Positions 11,948-20,150 of a stretch of DNA of 64,000 nt are shown one piece after another. Location: the NCBI GenBank assembly GCA_947365805.1, contig CANAZY010000002.1, forward strand, positions 66,945 through 130,944, in the 5' to 3' direction. Origin of the DNA: an uncultured Clostridium sp. (lineage in GTDB: Bacteria; Bacillota; Clostridia; TANB77; CAG-508). How positions within the stretch are numbered: position 1 is the first letter of the stretch; the number at the start of each line of letters is the position of its first letter. The notes below the pieces were generated by a model, which was not told the origin of the DNA, made no database searches, and saw only the letters and a list, made by a program, of their open reading frames with translations. The position numbers and the translations under genes are program-made.

Positions 11948-12319
11948 TTACGCTTCTACTTTTTCAGCACTTGCTTCTTCTGCTTTTGGTGCAGTTTTCT
12001 TTGCAGCTGGCTTTTTGATTGCAGTAATTTCAACCTTTGTATATGGTTGTCTGTGTCCTTGTTTTCTTTTATAGTTTTTCTTTGCTTTGTATTTGAAAAC
12101 AATAATCTTTTTACCTTTTCCGTGTGCTACTACTTTTCCTTCTACTTTAAAACCTTTTACATAAGGATTTCCGATTTCAACTTTTTCTCCATCGGCTACT
12201 AAAACAACATGATCAAATGTTACTTTTTTTCCTTCTTCTGCATCAAGTTTTTCGAAAAATACAACATCACCTTCAACTACTTTGTATTGTTTCCCACAGC
12301 TTTCAATTATTGCGTACAT
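11948..12319 (-). CDS. rplU: 50S ribosomal protein L21 with Lys/Ala/Glu-rich C-terminal tail
   Basis: [25 protein letters not shown]... Confidence 0.95.
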   Translation of the reverse strand: MYAIIESCGKQYKVVEGDVVFFEKLDAEEGKKVTFDHVVLVADGEKVEIGNPYVKGFKVEGKVVAHGKGKKIIVFKYKAKKNYKRKQGHRQPYTKVEITAIKKPAAKKTAPKAEEASAEKVEA

Positions 12320-12422
12320 TCTATGTACACCTCCCTTTTTTGTATACTCGCTAATCCCAAACTTTAGGTAGTTAAACTAAATTAACCTTTATGGACCTTA
12401 ATTAAGCGGATTACAGATAGAT
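12320..12422 (-). promoter_or_regulatory. 5' leader of rplU-rpmA (possible L21 leader)
   Basis: About 100 nt untranslated leader between the predicted promoter and rplU. Position matches the Firmicute L21 leader; structure not verified. Confidence 0.3.
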
Positions 12423-12451
12423 ATTGTATCATAAATCATAGTATTTGTCAA
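12423..12451 (-). promoter_or_regulatory. sigma-A type promoter of rplU-rpmA
   Basis: Minus strand TTGACA (12451-12446), 17 nt spacer, TACAAT (12428-12423). Confidence 0.5.
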
Positions 12452-12495
12452 ACAAATTTTGTGATTTTATTTTATAGTCTTTTTGTAAAAATGTG

Positions 12496-12524
12496 TTGAC
12501 AGCTCATTTTTATTGTGTTAGTAT
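12496..12524 (+). promoter_or_regulatory. sigma-A type promoter
   Basis: TTGACA (12496-12501), 17 nt spacer, TAGTAT (12519-12524). Confidence 0.5.
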
Positions 12525-12588
12525 TGCAAGTGGGAGATGAAACCATTGGGAACCAGAGTTGATTTTTAAGAAAAGGAGGTGAACCCCA

Positions 12589-12945
12589 ATGGATAATCAA
12601 AAAAATATGACATATCTTATCGATATGGTTAAGCAAATTCATGAAACTACTCTATCTTTAGATCAAAAAATCGATGAAAGATTTGATACTTTAGATACAA
12701 AAATTGATACAAGATATGATGCTTTAGACCAAAAGATTGATGCAAGATGCGACGTTTTAGATGCAAGATGCGATTCTTTAGATACAAAGATTGATAAGTA
12801 TTATGAACAAAATCGTAAAGAACATTTTGAAATGAGAAATATGCTTGCACATATTCAAAATGACATTAAAGATTTACGAACGGATATTGATACCGTTTAT
12901 GACTTAGAAAAAGATTCTCGTAAACAATTACGAAAATTATTTTAA
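12589..12945 (+). CDS. small hypothetical protein with 11-residue (33-nt) repeats LDxKIDxRxDx
   Basis: RBS aaaggaggtg. Repeats LDQKIDERFDT / LDTKIDTRYDA / LDQKIDARCDV / LDARCDS / LDTKIDKYYEQ. Confidence 0.5.
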   Translation: MDNQKNMTYLIDMVKQIHETTLSLDQKIDERFDTLDTKIDTRYDALDQKIDARCDVLDARCDSLDTKIDKYYEQNRKEHFEMRNMLAHIQNDIKDLRTDIDTVYDLEKDSRKQLRKLF

Positions 12946-12949
12946 TAAA

Positions 12950-12990
12950 AAAGATACTAAGTTTTGGGCTCTTAGTATCTCTTTTTTATC
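12950..12990 (+). terminator. intrinsic terminator
   Basis: Stem agatactaag (12952-12961) / cttagtatct (12971-12980) followed by a T-run. Confidence 0.7.
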
Positions 12991-13206
12991 TTCTACTTGC
13001 TTAATCTTTCAAAAACATAAGTATCATTTTTTAACCAAAATTCATTTTCTTCACTATTTCCATCTTTTATAGCATCATATGTTTCTAACATAATTCCTGT
13101 AACCACATCAATTTTTCTTAAGACTGGCAAAATTTCTAATTCGTAGTCTGTTAATGGATTTCTTTTTGCATATTGTTTTAAAAAGTATTGTTCTAATTCT
13201 TCTGTT

Positions 13207-13887
13207 TTATCTTTTCATTTTTCGTATAATTTCCTTATCTTCTTTTGTTACTCGATACGATTCTATGATTTTTTGCAATGCTTTATTGTAAGTAAATGTA
13301 TCCAATGTATTGTTTTGTAATAACATCATCGTTTCTTTTGGAAACTTGATATAGCAAATAGAAATTGCCCATGCAACTGCCATTTTTACATAGTAGCCAT
13401 CGTGATGAATGTTATTCAATATTGCTAATACCTCTTTTATATATTCCTCTGTAATATAAAAATCTAATAGCATCACTACTCCAAAACGAATTTCAAACTC
13501 TTTATTAGAATTTATGTATGGTTGTATCAATTCCCACATCTCACTCATATGTTTTTTGGTAAATTTAAGTCCAGCACAGGTAACATCACATACTGCCCAA
13601 TTATCAATTTGGGGTACAAAACTTTTAATATATTTTAATCTTTCTTGTAATTCCATTTTAGCAAGTCCAATGACCATTCCTTGTAGCATAACTTCTTCAT
13701 AATATTCATTTTTTGCAGTTTTTAAGTATGTTCTCCAATCTCCTTTTACAATCTCTTTTGCAAACTCTCTAAGAACTGGTACTCTAATTCCGATAATATT
13801 ATTTATTCCTGGACATAATGAACTATGAAATTTTTGGTATTCTTCATCTGCTAATGAAAATAATGTTTCTCTTATTTGTTTTTCCAT
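13207..13887 (-). CDS. DNA alkylation repair enzyme (AlkD-like HEAT-repeat family)
   Basis: ADEEYQKFHSSLCPGINNIIGIRVPVLREFAKEI...NWAVCD... resembles the DNA_alkylation family. Confidence 0.7.
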   Translation of the reverse strand: MEKQIRETLFSLADEEYQKFHSSLCPGINNIIGIRVPVLREFAKEIVKGDWRTYLKTAKNEYYEEVMLQGMVIGLAKMELQERLKYIKSFVPQIDNWAVCDVTCAGLKFTKKHMSEMWELIQPYINSNKEFEIRFGVVMLLDFYITEEYIKEVLAILNNIHHDGYYVKMAVAWAISICYIKFPKETMMLLQNNTLDTFTYNKALQKIIESYRVTKEDKEIIRKMKR

Positions 13888-13941
13888 TTAATACACCTTT
13901 TTAATAAGGGTCGCACATGATATGCAACCCTCTCATCCTTT

Positions 13942-14901
13942 TTATTCTACTTCTAAAATTGGATCGATTTCTTCATGAAGCATTTTTGTTAATACCTCAC
14001 AACTATGATCAAATTTTTCCTGGTCTTGTGGTTCTAATTTTAATTCAATCATTTCTTTTATCCCTTTACGGTTAATAATTGCTGGAACACCTATAAACAT
14101 TCCTTCATGTCCATATTCTCCATTTTGATACATAGATATTGGCATAATAGCATTTTGGTCTCCTAAAATCGCTTTTACAAGCCTTGTTAATGCAATTCCA
14201 ATTCCATAATAGGTAGCTCGTTTCTTTTCGATAATTTCATAGGCTGCTTGTTGTACTCCTGTATAAATTTTATCTAAATCGGTTAAGTCTCTTCCATTTT
14301 CATTCATAACATCAATTAGCTTTTTACATCCTACATAACAATGTCCCCATGGAACAAAAGATGAATCTCCATGTTCTCCCATGATGTAAGCATGCACATT
14401 TTTACTTGCTACTTCTAAATATTCTCCAATTAAAAAACGAAGTCTTGCTGTATCTAAAATTGTACCAGAACCAATTATTTTCTCTTTTGGAAATCCTGAT
14501 GTTTTATATACAACATAGCTCATTAAATCAACTGGATTACTTGCTACTACAAAAATTCCTTTAAATCCACTTGCTACAACTTGTTTGGTAATATCTTTCA
14601 TGATTTTTGCATTTGCTTTTGCAAGTTCTAATCTTGTTTGTCCTGGTTTTTGATTTAATCCAGCAGTAATCACAACAATATTGGCATCTTTACATTCTGA
14701 ATAATCCCCTGCTTTTATATCCATTTTTGTTGGTGCAAAAGGCATACCATGAGATAAATCCATTGCTTCTCCTTCTGCTTTTTCTTTTACTACATCAATT
14801 AGAACAAGTTCATTAACTCCACCCTGATTTAATAAAGAATACGCCATGCTCATTCCTACAAAACCTGTTCCAACTAATACAATTTTTCTTCTTTCTACCA
14901 T
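13942..14901 (-). CDS. ldh: L-lactate dehydrogenase
   Basis: IVLVGTGFVGMSMAYSL Rossmann fold, VITAGLNQKPGQTRLEL, GEHGDS. Confidence 0.9.
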   Translation of the reverse strand: MVERRKIVLVGTGFVGMSMAYSLLNQGGVNELVLIDVVKEKAEGEAMDLSHGMPFAPTKMDIKAGDYSECKDANIVVITAGLNQKPGQTRLELAKANAKIMKDITKQVVASGFKGIFVVASNPVDLMSYVVYKTSGFPKEKIIGSGTILDTARLRFLIGEYLEVASKNVHAYIMGEHGDSSFVPWGHCYVGCKKLIDVMNENGRDLTDLDKIYTGVQQAAYEIIEKKRATYYGIGIALTRLVKAILGDQNAIMPISMYQNGEYGHEGMFIGVPAIINRKGIKEMIELKLEPQDQEKFDHSCEVLTKMLHEEIDPILEVE

Positions 14902-14959
14902 AAAATCACTCCTTTTTATGTCATTCCATATAATGATAGTATATCACAGTTTTATTACT

Positions 14960-15610
14960 TTATATCACTTTTTTGATATTTTTTCCAATCATTTTTGTAT
15001 ATACAATTAAGTATGAGATTGATAAGCAAAATCCACCAATTACATCACTTGCATAATGAACTCCTAAATAAATACGGCTAATTCCTATTAATAAAATAAG
15101 AAATGATAAAACAGTACAGAGTCCCCATTTTAATAACTTGTTTTTTACATTTCTATAAATGAAATAAACCAAAAATCCATAAAAAGCCATACTTACCATA
15201 GAATGTCCAGAAGGAAAGCTATAGCCAAACTGGTCAATAATCCTATGTTCAATCGGTCTTGGTCTTTGAACTATATATTTTATCATTTGATTTAAAACGG
15301 TTACCATGATTAGATTAAAAACAATATAAAATTTGCATTTTTTATGTTTCATAAAAATCAAAATAAGAATAGTGGTAGTAACAATCCCAATTGCTCCTCC
15401 TAAATTAGTAATTATCTTAAAAATAGAAGTAACTGGATTAGAAATCATACCAGAAACTGTTTTATATACGATATCATCAAATATCCATATTTCATTATCT
15501 AATACATCTTCTATAATGGCAAAAAAAGCGACCATGCAAATTAGTAAAATAACCCATGGTAAATTCTTTTTGATTGTTAGCACTATTTTTCTTTTCAAAC
15601 TTTGTTTCAT
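14960..15610 (-). CDS. PAP2-family phosphatase (BcrC/undecaprenyl-diphosphatase-like membrane protein)
   Basis: KYIVQRPRP, SFPSGHSM, SRIYLGVHYASDV motifs; multiple TM helices. Confidence 0.8.
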   Translation of the reverse strand: MKQSLKRKIVLTIKKNLPWVILLICMVAFFAIIEDVLDNEIWIFDDIVYKTVSGMISNPVTSIFKIITNLGGAIGIVTTTILILIFMKHKKCKFYIVFNLIMVTVLNQMIKYIVQRPRPIEHRIIDQFGYSFPSGHSMVSMAFYGFLVYFIYRNVKNKLLKWGLCTVLSFLILLIGISRIYLGVHYASDVIGGFCLSISYLIVYTKMIGKNIKKVI

Positions 15611-15669
15611 ATTCTTTTTCCATTTCTTTTGTTTTTATGTTATTGTACTACGGGATTTCTAAAATTGCA

Positions 15670-15748
15670 ATAGATGATTCTAGGGACGGGGGTAAAAATC
15701 ATCTTTAAGAAAAAAATGACTTTTACCCCCGTCCCTAGAATCATCTAT
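15670..15748. repeat. GC-rich palindromic element, copy A (perfect 28-bp arms, 23-nt loop)
   Basis: atagatgattctagggacgggggtaaaa (15670-15697) and its exact reverse complement (15721-15748). Shares the core tagggacgggggtaaaaat with 46122-46140. Overlaps the stop codon of the upstream gene. Confidence 0.8.
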
Positions 15749-16821
15749 TTTATATATTCATTTAATGGTTTTACTTTATAATTTAATTCTCCAATTTGTT
15801 CTGTTGGAAGATATCCTGGAGTTGCATTTATAACATCTGGTATACGGTTTACAATGGTTGCACAAGTTAATTCTACGGTTTGTGGTTTTGCAACAGTAAT
15901 TGTGGTATTTGGTTCTCCTTCTATGGTCCATTCATTTTTGTCGTAATCATTACTTGCATATACTTTTCCAATACACTCTGTTTCTAGTGTGATTCCTTCT
16001 TTTGTTTTTGTTGTTACAACTGCACTCATTCCTGTCGCATTTCCTGCTTTTATGGTCATATTTAACGTAGAAGAGAATATATCTTCTGTATGGGTTTGTG
16101 GGATGCATTTTTGTGTTTGAGATTCTACTGTTAATCCTAATTTTTCGCAAAGCCATCCATTTACATTCCACATATAAGATGGTAAAAATTCTCCCTTATT
16201 AATTAAATTTTGTCGTTCTTGTTCTGAAATATTATCTGCAGATGCTATTTTATTTTCAAATTCTTCTAACGATAATCCTGCTCCATGTGCTTGGGCAAGA
16301 GCCACTCCATAATCTTCTACATTGTAGCTTGAACTTCCTTTTATTTTTTGAATCCTTTGGGTTGAACCTGCAATAGAGCTTACTAATTGTCCCCAATAAA
16401 TATCTTGGTATCCACTTCCTGTAATGGTACAATTATTTTTCTTTGCTAGTTCATCAATTTCTTTTGTTAATATAGGATTTGAATTTTCAGGGAAGAATGC
16501 TTCTTCGCAAGTAGTAATAGCATTAATTCCTAATCTAGCACATAATAACAGTGCATCATAAACTTCAGAAAATAAACTTCTTGTTTCTACTACACAAATA
16601 TCTGGTTTTGTCTGTTTTAACATTTCTTCTGCATTTTCTAAAGCTGTTACTTTTACTCCTTTTGCCTCTTCCCCCATAACTTCTCCAATGTCTTTTCCAA
16701 TCACTTCTGGATTTACATCAATTGCCCCAACAACTTCTCCACCTTTTTCATAAACATATCGCATGGTATATACCGCCATCTTTCCTGTTCCATATTGAAC
16801 AACTCTTATCTTTTTATCCAT
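15745..16821 (-). CDS. NAD(P)-binding oxidoreductase, DapB-N-like (2,4-diaminopentanoate dehydrogenase-like)
   Basis: N-terminal IRVVQYGTGKMAVYTMRY dinucleotide-binding motif; overall resemblance recalled from family knowledge only. Confidence 0.5.
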   Translation of the reverse strand: MDKKIRVVQYGTGKMAVYTMRYVYEKGGEVVGAIDVNPEVIGKDIGEVMGEEAKGVKVTALENAEEMLKQTKPDICVVETRSLFSEVYDALLLCARLGINAITTCEEAFFPENSNPILTKEIDELAKKNNCTITGSGYQDIYWGQLVSSIAGSTQRIQKIKGSSSYNVEDYGVALAQAHGAGLSLEEFENKIASADNISEQERQNLINKGEFLPSYMWNVNGWLCEKLGLTVESQTQKCIPQTHTEDIFSSTLNMTIKAGNATGMSAVVTTKTKEGITLETECIGKVYASNDYDKNEWTIEGEPNTTITVAKPQTVELTCATIVNRIPDVINATPGYLPTEQIGELNYKVKPLNEYIK

Positions 16822-16940
16822 TTTTTCACTCTCCTTATTATTATTACCTAGATTATATACTTAAAAAAAATATTTATTCAATACATTTTCTTGTTTTTTG
16901 TGATATAATAATCAAAACGATATGATACAAAGGAGAAAAT

Positions 16941-18117
16941 ATGGATTACAAATTTTTATTGGATATTGGACTAATTATTTTATTTGTTAAGCTTTTTAGT
17001 ATGATAACTGGTAAAATTCACATGCCAAAAATGCTTGGTGGATTAATTGCAGGAGTTATATTAGGACCTGCTGTTTTTAATATCATTCAGTCCAATACTA
17101 TTTTAGAATTTTTAGCAAATTTAGGAATTATTTTTATTATGTTTTTAGCAGGAATGGAGACAAGTTTAAAGAAATTTATGTCTGGCACAAAGAAATTCGT
17201 TATGATTGCTAGCCTTGGTGTTATCATTCCTCTACTATTAGGATTTTTATTTAGTAAATGTTATACACTAGATAATTCCTTAAATCTATTTTTTGGAGCT
17301 GTTATTACTGCAACTTCTGTTAGTATTACAGTAGAATCTTTAATGGAAATGAAAAAACTAAAAACCAATGTTGGTACTGCTATTTTAGGAGCTGGCGTTG
17401 TCGATGATATTATTGGTGTTGTATTTTTAACTTTTATTTTAAGTAATGGAAACTTTTCTCTTGGTGCTATTATTATACTAATTCTTAAAATAATTGTTTT
17501 CTTTACACTTGCTATTGGTATTCGGATTTATCATGTTCCGATTCTTAGAATGGTTAGAAGCCAAACTTCCTCGAAAAGAAGAATTACCAATTTTTTCACT
17601 TGCTTTTGCTCTTTTACTTTCTTATCTTGCTCAAATGTTTGGGGTTAGTGGTATTATTGGGGCTTATATTGCAGGTCTTGTAGTTGGTAATACAAAACAA
17701 GGAAAATTTATTAAAAATAAAATAGATGTATTAGTCTATATGTTATTTTCTCCTATGTTTTTTGCAAGTATTGGACTAAAACTTACTACTTTATCTTTCC
17801 CAAGTTATATTTGGCAATTTATTATTCTATTTACTGCAATTACTATTATTAGTAAAATTATCGGTAATGGATTTGGAGCAAAATTATGTGGATATAAAGA
17901 TAAAGAATGTTTACAAATAGGCATTGGAATGGCAACTCGTGGTGAAATGGCATTTATTATGATTGATGAAGCAAAAAAAATTGGTCTTATTAATGAAGAA
18001 ATCTTTTCAATTATCGTCATTACTGTATTTTTAGTTACCTTCATTACTCCAGTTTTACTTCATTTAAGTTTTAAAACAAAAGAACCAAACATAAATAAAG
18101 AGCAAGTGAATATTTAG
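16941..18117 (+). CDS. cation:proton antiporter (CPA2/NapA-like), contiguous only with a +1 shift at in-frame CGG 17523-17525
   Basis: Two overlapping track ORFs (16941-17648, 17494-18117). Skipping C17523 gives ...IIVFFTLAIGI-G-FIMFRFLEWLEAKLPRKEELPIFSLAFALLLSYLAQMFGVSGIIGAYIAG. Confidence 0.8.
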
Positions 18118-18136
18118 TATTCACCTGCTCTTTATT
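18095..18136. terminator. bidirectional terminator hairpin between convergent genes
   Basis: aaagagcaagtgaata / tattcacctgctcttt with one mismatch. Confidence 0.5.
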
Positions 18137-18324
18137 TATGTTTCTTTTCTATTTTCAATTTTTGTAATTATTTTTAGTGCTTTGGGTCTTTCTAGTAAAA
18201 TTTCATGACCACAACCTTGGCATTTTAATTTAAAATCAACACCAATTCTTGTGATTTCCCATAATTTACTACCACATGGATGAACTTTTTTGGTCCTTAC
18301 AATATCTCCTATTTGGTATTCCAT
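18136..18324 (-). CDS. DUF951-family small protein
   Basis: YQIGDIVRTKKVHPCGS..W.I.R.G.D.K.KC..CGH, typical of DUF951. Confidence 0.6.
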   Translation of the reverse strand: MEYQIGDIVRTKKVHPCGSKLWEITRIGVDFKLKCQGCGHEILLERPKALKIITKIENRKET

Positions 18325-18337
18325 TTTATCACCTACT

Positions 18338-19990
18338 TTATTTTACCGCATGTCTTAAACGTTTAATAACAGATTCTTCCCCAAGTACTTTCATAATTTC
18401 ATACATATCTGGTGTATTTGCTCTTCCTGTTAAGCAAATACGAATAACGGTACTAATGTCTCCTACATGTCCTTTGTAAGACTCTGGATTTTGTTTAAAT
18501 TCTTTTGTCTCTCTTGCATATCCAAATTCTTCTGCCAAATCTTTCATTTTATTAAACCAAGTTTCTTTATCATCTTCTATATTAAAGTATTTCGTTATAT
18601 ATGTTTCAATTATCTTTGCAATTTCTGCTTTGTCATTGATTTTTTGGAATTCATAAGAAACAGGATTTGCAAAGAATTCCTCATCATATAAATAGATAAT
18701 GTTTTCTTTTAAATCTGACCATTTTGCAATATCTTTTCTTGGTTTTAGATTTCCTCTTTCTATTCCCAAAACTTGCAATGTATAATTTTTATCTTTTTCT
18801 AATAAAGTTTTTAAGTTTTTATCATATTTATCTGCCCATGCAATGCCTTCATTATATACTTGTTCTGCACTATATTTTGAAATAACTCTTTTAGAAATGT
18901 CTAAAAGTTTAACCATATCAAACAAGGCTCCACTAACACTCATTTTATTTAATTGTAATTCAAATTCTTCCATATCGGCATCTGGATTTTGTTTTCTCCA
19001 TTGTTCAAAGTTCGAATTTGCAATATTTAATAAATATTCATCTACTGCAAGTTCTGGAATTCCCACTTCTGCATAATAACTTACTGCTGCTTCTGGGTCT
19101 TTTCTTTTACTTAATTTTCTCTTTGCTCCATTATCTTCTTTCATAATTGGTGCAATATGAGCATATTTTGGTGCTTTAAATCCTAAGGTTTGGAATAGTT
19201 GTAAGTGTAATGGAACAGAAGATAGCCATTCATCTCCACGAATAACGTGAGTTGTTCCCATTAAGTGATCATCTACTGCATGTGCAAAATGATATGTTGG
19301 AAGTCCATCGGATTTAATAATAACAATGTCTTGGTCATTTTCTGGAAAGTCAACATTTCCTTTTATCACATCATGGTGTTTGATTTTCTTTTCTGGATTT
19401 CCTTGTGATTTAAAACGTAAAATATATTTTTCTCCGTTTTTAATTTTTTCTATTTGCTCATTTACAGGAATGTGTCTACATTTACTCCATACGCCATAAT
19501 ATCCTGTTCTTTCTTTGGCAGCTTCTTGTTTTTGTCTCATTTCCTCTAATTCTTCTGATTTGCAAAAACATGGATAGGCACATCCTTTTTCGATTAAATA
19601 TTTTGCGTAAGCTTGATAAATTTCTTTTCTTAAAGATTGTTTATATGGACCATAGTTTCCTTTTTCATTTACTTCATCTATCATTCCTTCATCTGGTGAC
19701 ATACCAAATTCTTTTAAAGCTTCAATAATTCCACTAACCCCATTTTCCACTTCACGTTTTTGGTCTGTATCTTCAATTCTTAAAAAGAATATCCCTCCTG
19801 TTTGATTTGCCATCTTTTTAGCAATAACAGATTGATATAATCCACCAATATGTACAAATCCTGTTGGACTTGGTGCAAATCTTGTAACAATGGCACCTTC
19901 TTCTAAATTTCTTCTAGGGTATTTTTCTTCATAATAAGAAATATCCTTTACCTCTGGAAATATCACATTTGCTAAATCTTTATAATCCAT
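18338..19990 (-). CDS. gltX: glutamate--tRNA ligase
   Basis: RFAPSPTGFVHIGG (HIGH) and KLSKRK (KMSKS). Start chosen at MDYKDLANV (ATG 19990, RBS gaagga); the track ORF extends 21 codons further upstream. Confidence 0.85.
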   Translation of the reverse strand: MDYKDLANVIFPEVKDISYYEEKYPRRNLEEGAIVTRFAPSPTGFVHIGGLYQSVIAKKMANQTGGIFFLRIEDTDQKREVENGVSGIIEALKEFGMSPDEGMIDEVNEKGNYGPYKQSLRKEIYQAYAKYLIEKGCAYPCFCKSEELEEMRQKQEAAKERTGYYGVWSKCRHIPVNEQIEKIKNGEKYILRFKSQGNPEKKIKHHDVIKGNVDFPENDQDIVIIKSDGLPTYHFAHAVDDHLMGTTHVIRGDEWLSSVPLHLQLFQTLGFKAPKYAHIAPIMKEDNGAKRKLSKRKDPEAAVSYYAEVGIPELAVDEYLLNIANSNFEQWRKQNPDADMEEFELQLNKMSVSGALFDMVKLLDISKRVISKYSAEQVYNEGIAWADKYDKNLKTLLEKDKNYTLQVLGIERGNLKPRKDIAKWSDLKENIIYLYDEEFFANPVSYEFQKINDKAEIAKIIETYITKYFNIEDDKETWFNKMKDLAEEFGYARETKEFKQNPESYKGHVGDISTVIRICLTGRANTPDMYEIMKVLGEESVIKRLRHAVK

Positions 19991-20067
19991 CTTTTTTCCT
20001 TCTTTCTCTTTCTTAATACTATGTATTATAGCAAAATTCCCTTCTAATTGCAACTTGATTATAAAAA

Positions 20068-20108
20068 ATATGAGGAAAGAGTAATACCACAGTATTAGTT
20101 CTTTCCCC
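20068..20108 (-). terminator. candidate terminator after rnj
   Basis: Minus-strand hairpin ggaaagaactaata...tattactctttcc followed by a T-rich run. Confidence 0.5.
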
Positions 20109-20150
20109 CATTTGACTGATTTTTGTGTTGTCCGCCAACCATAGCAAGAT

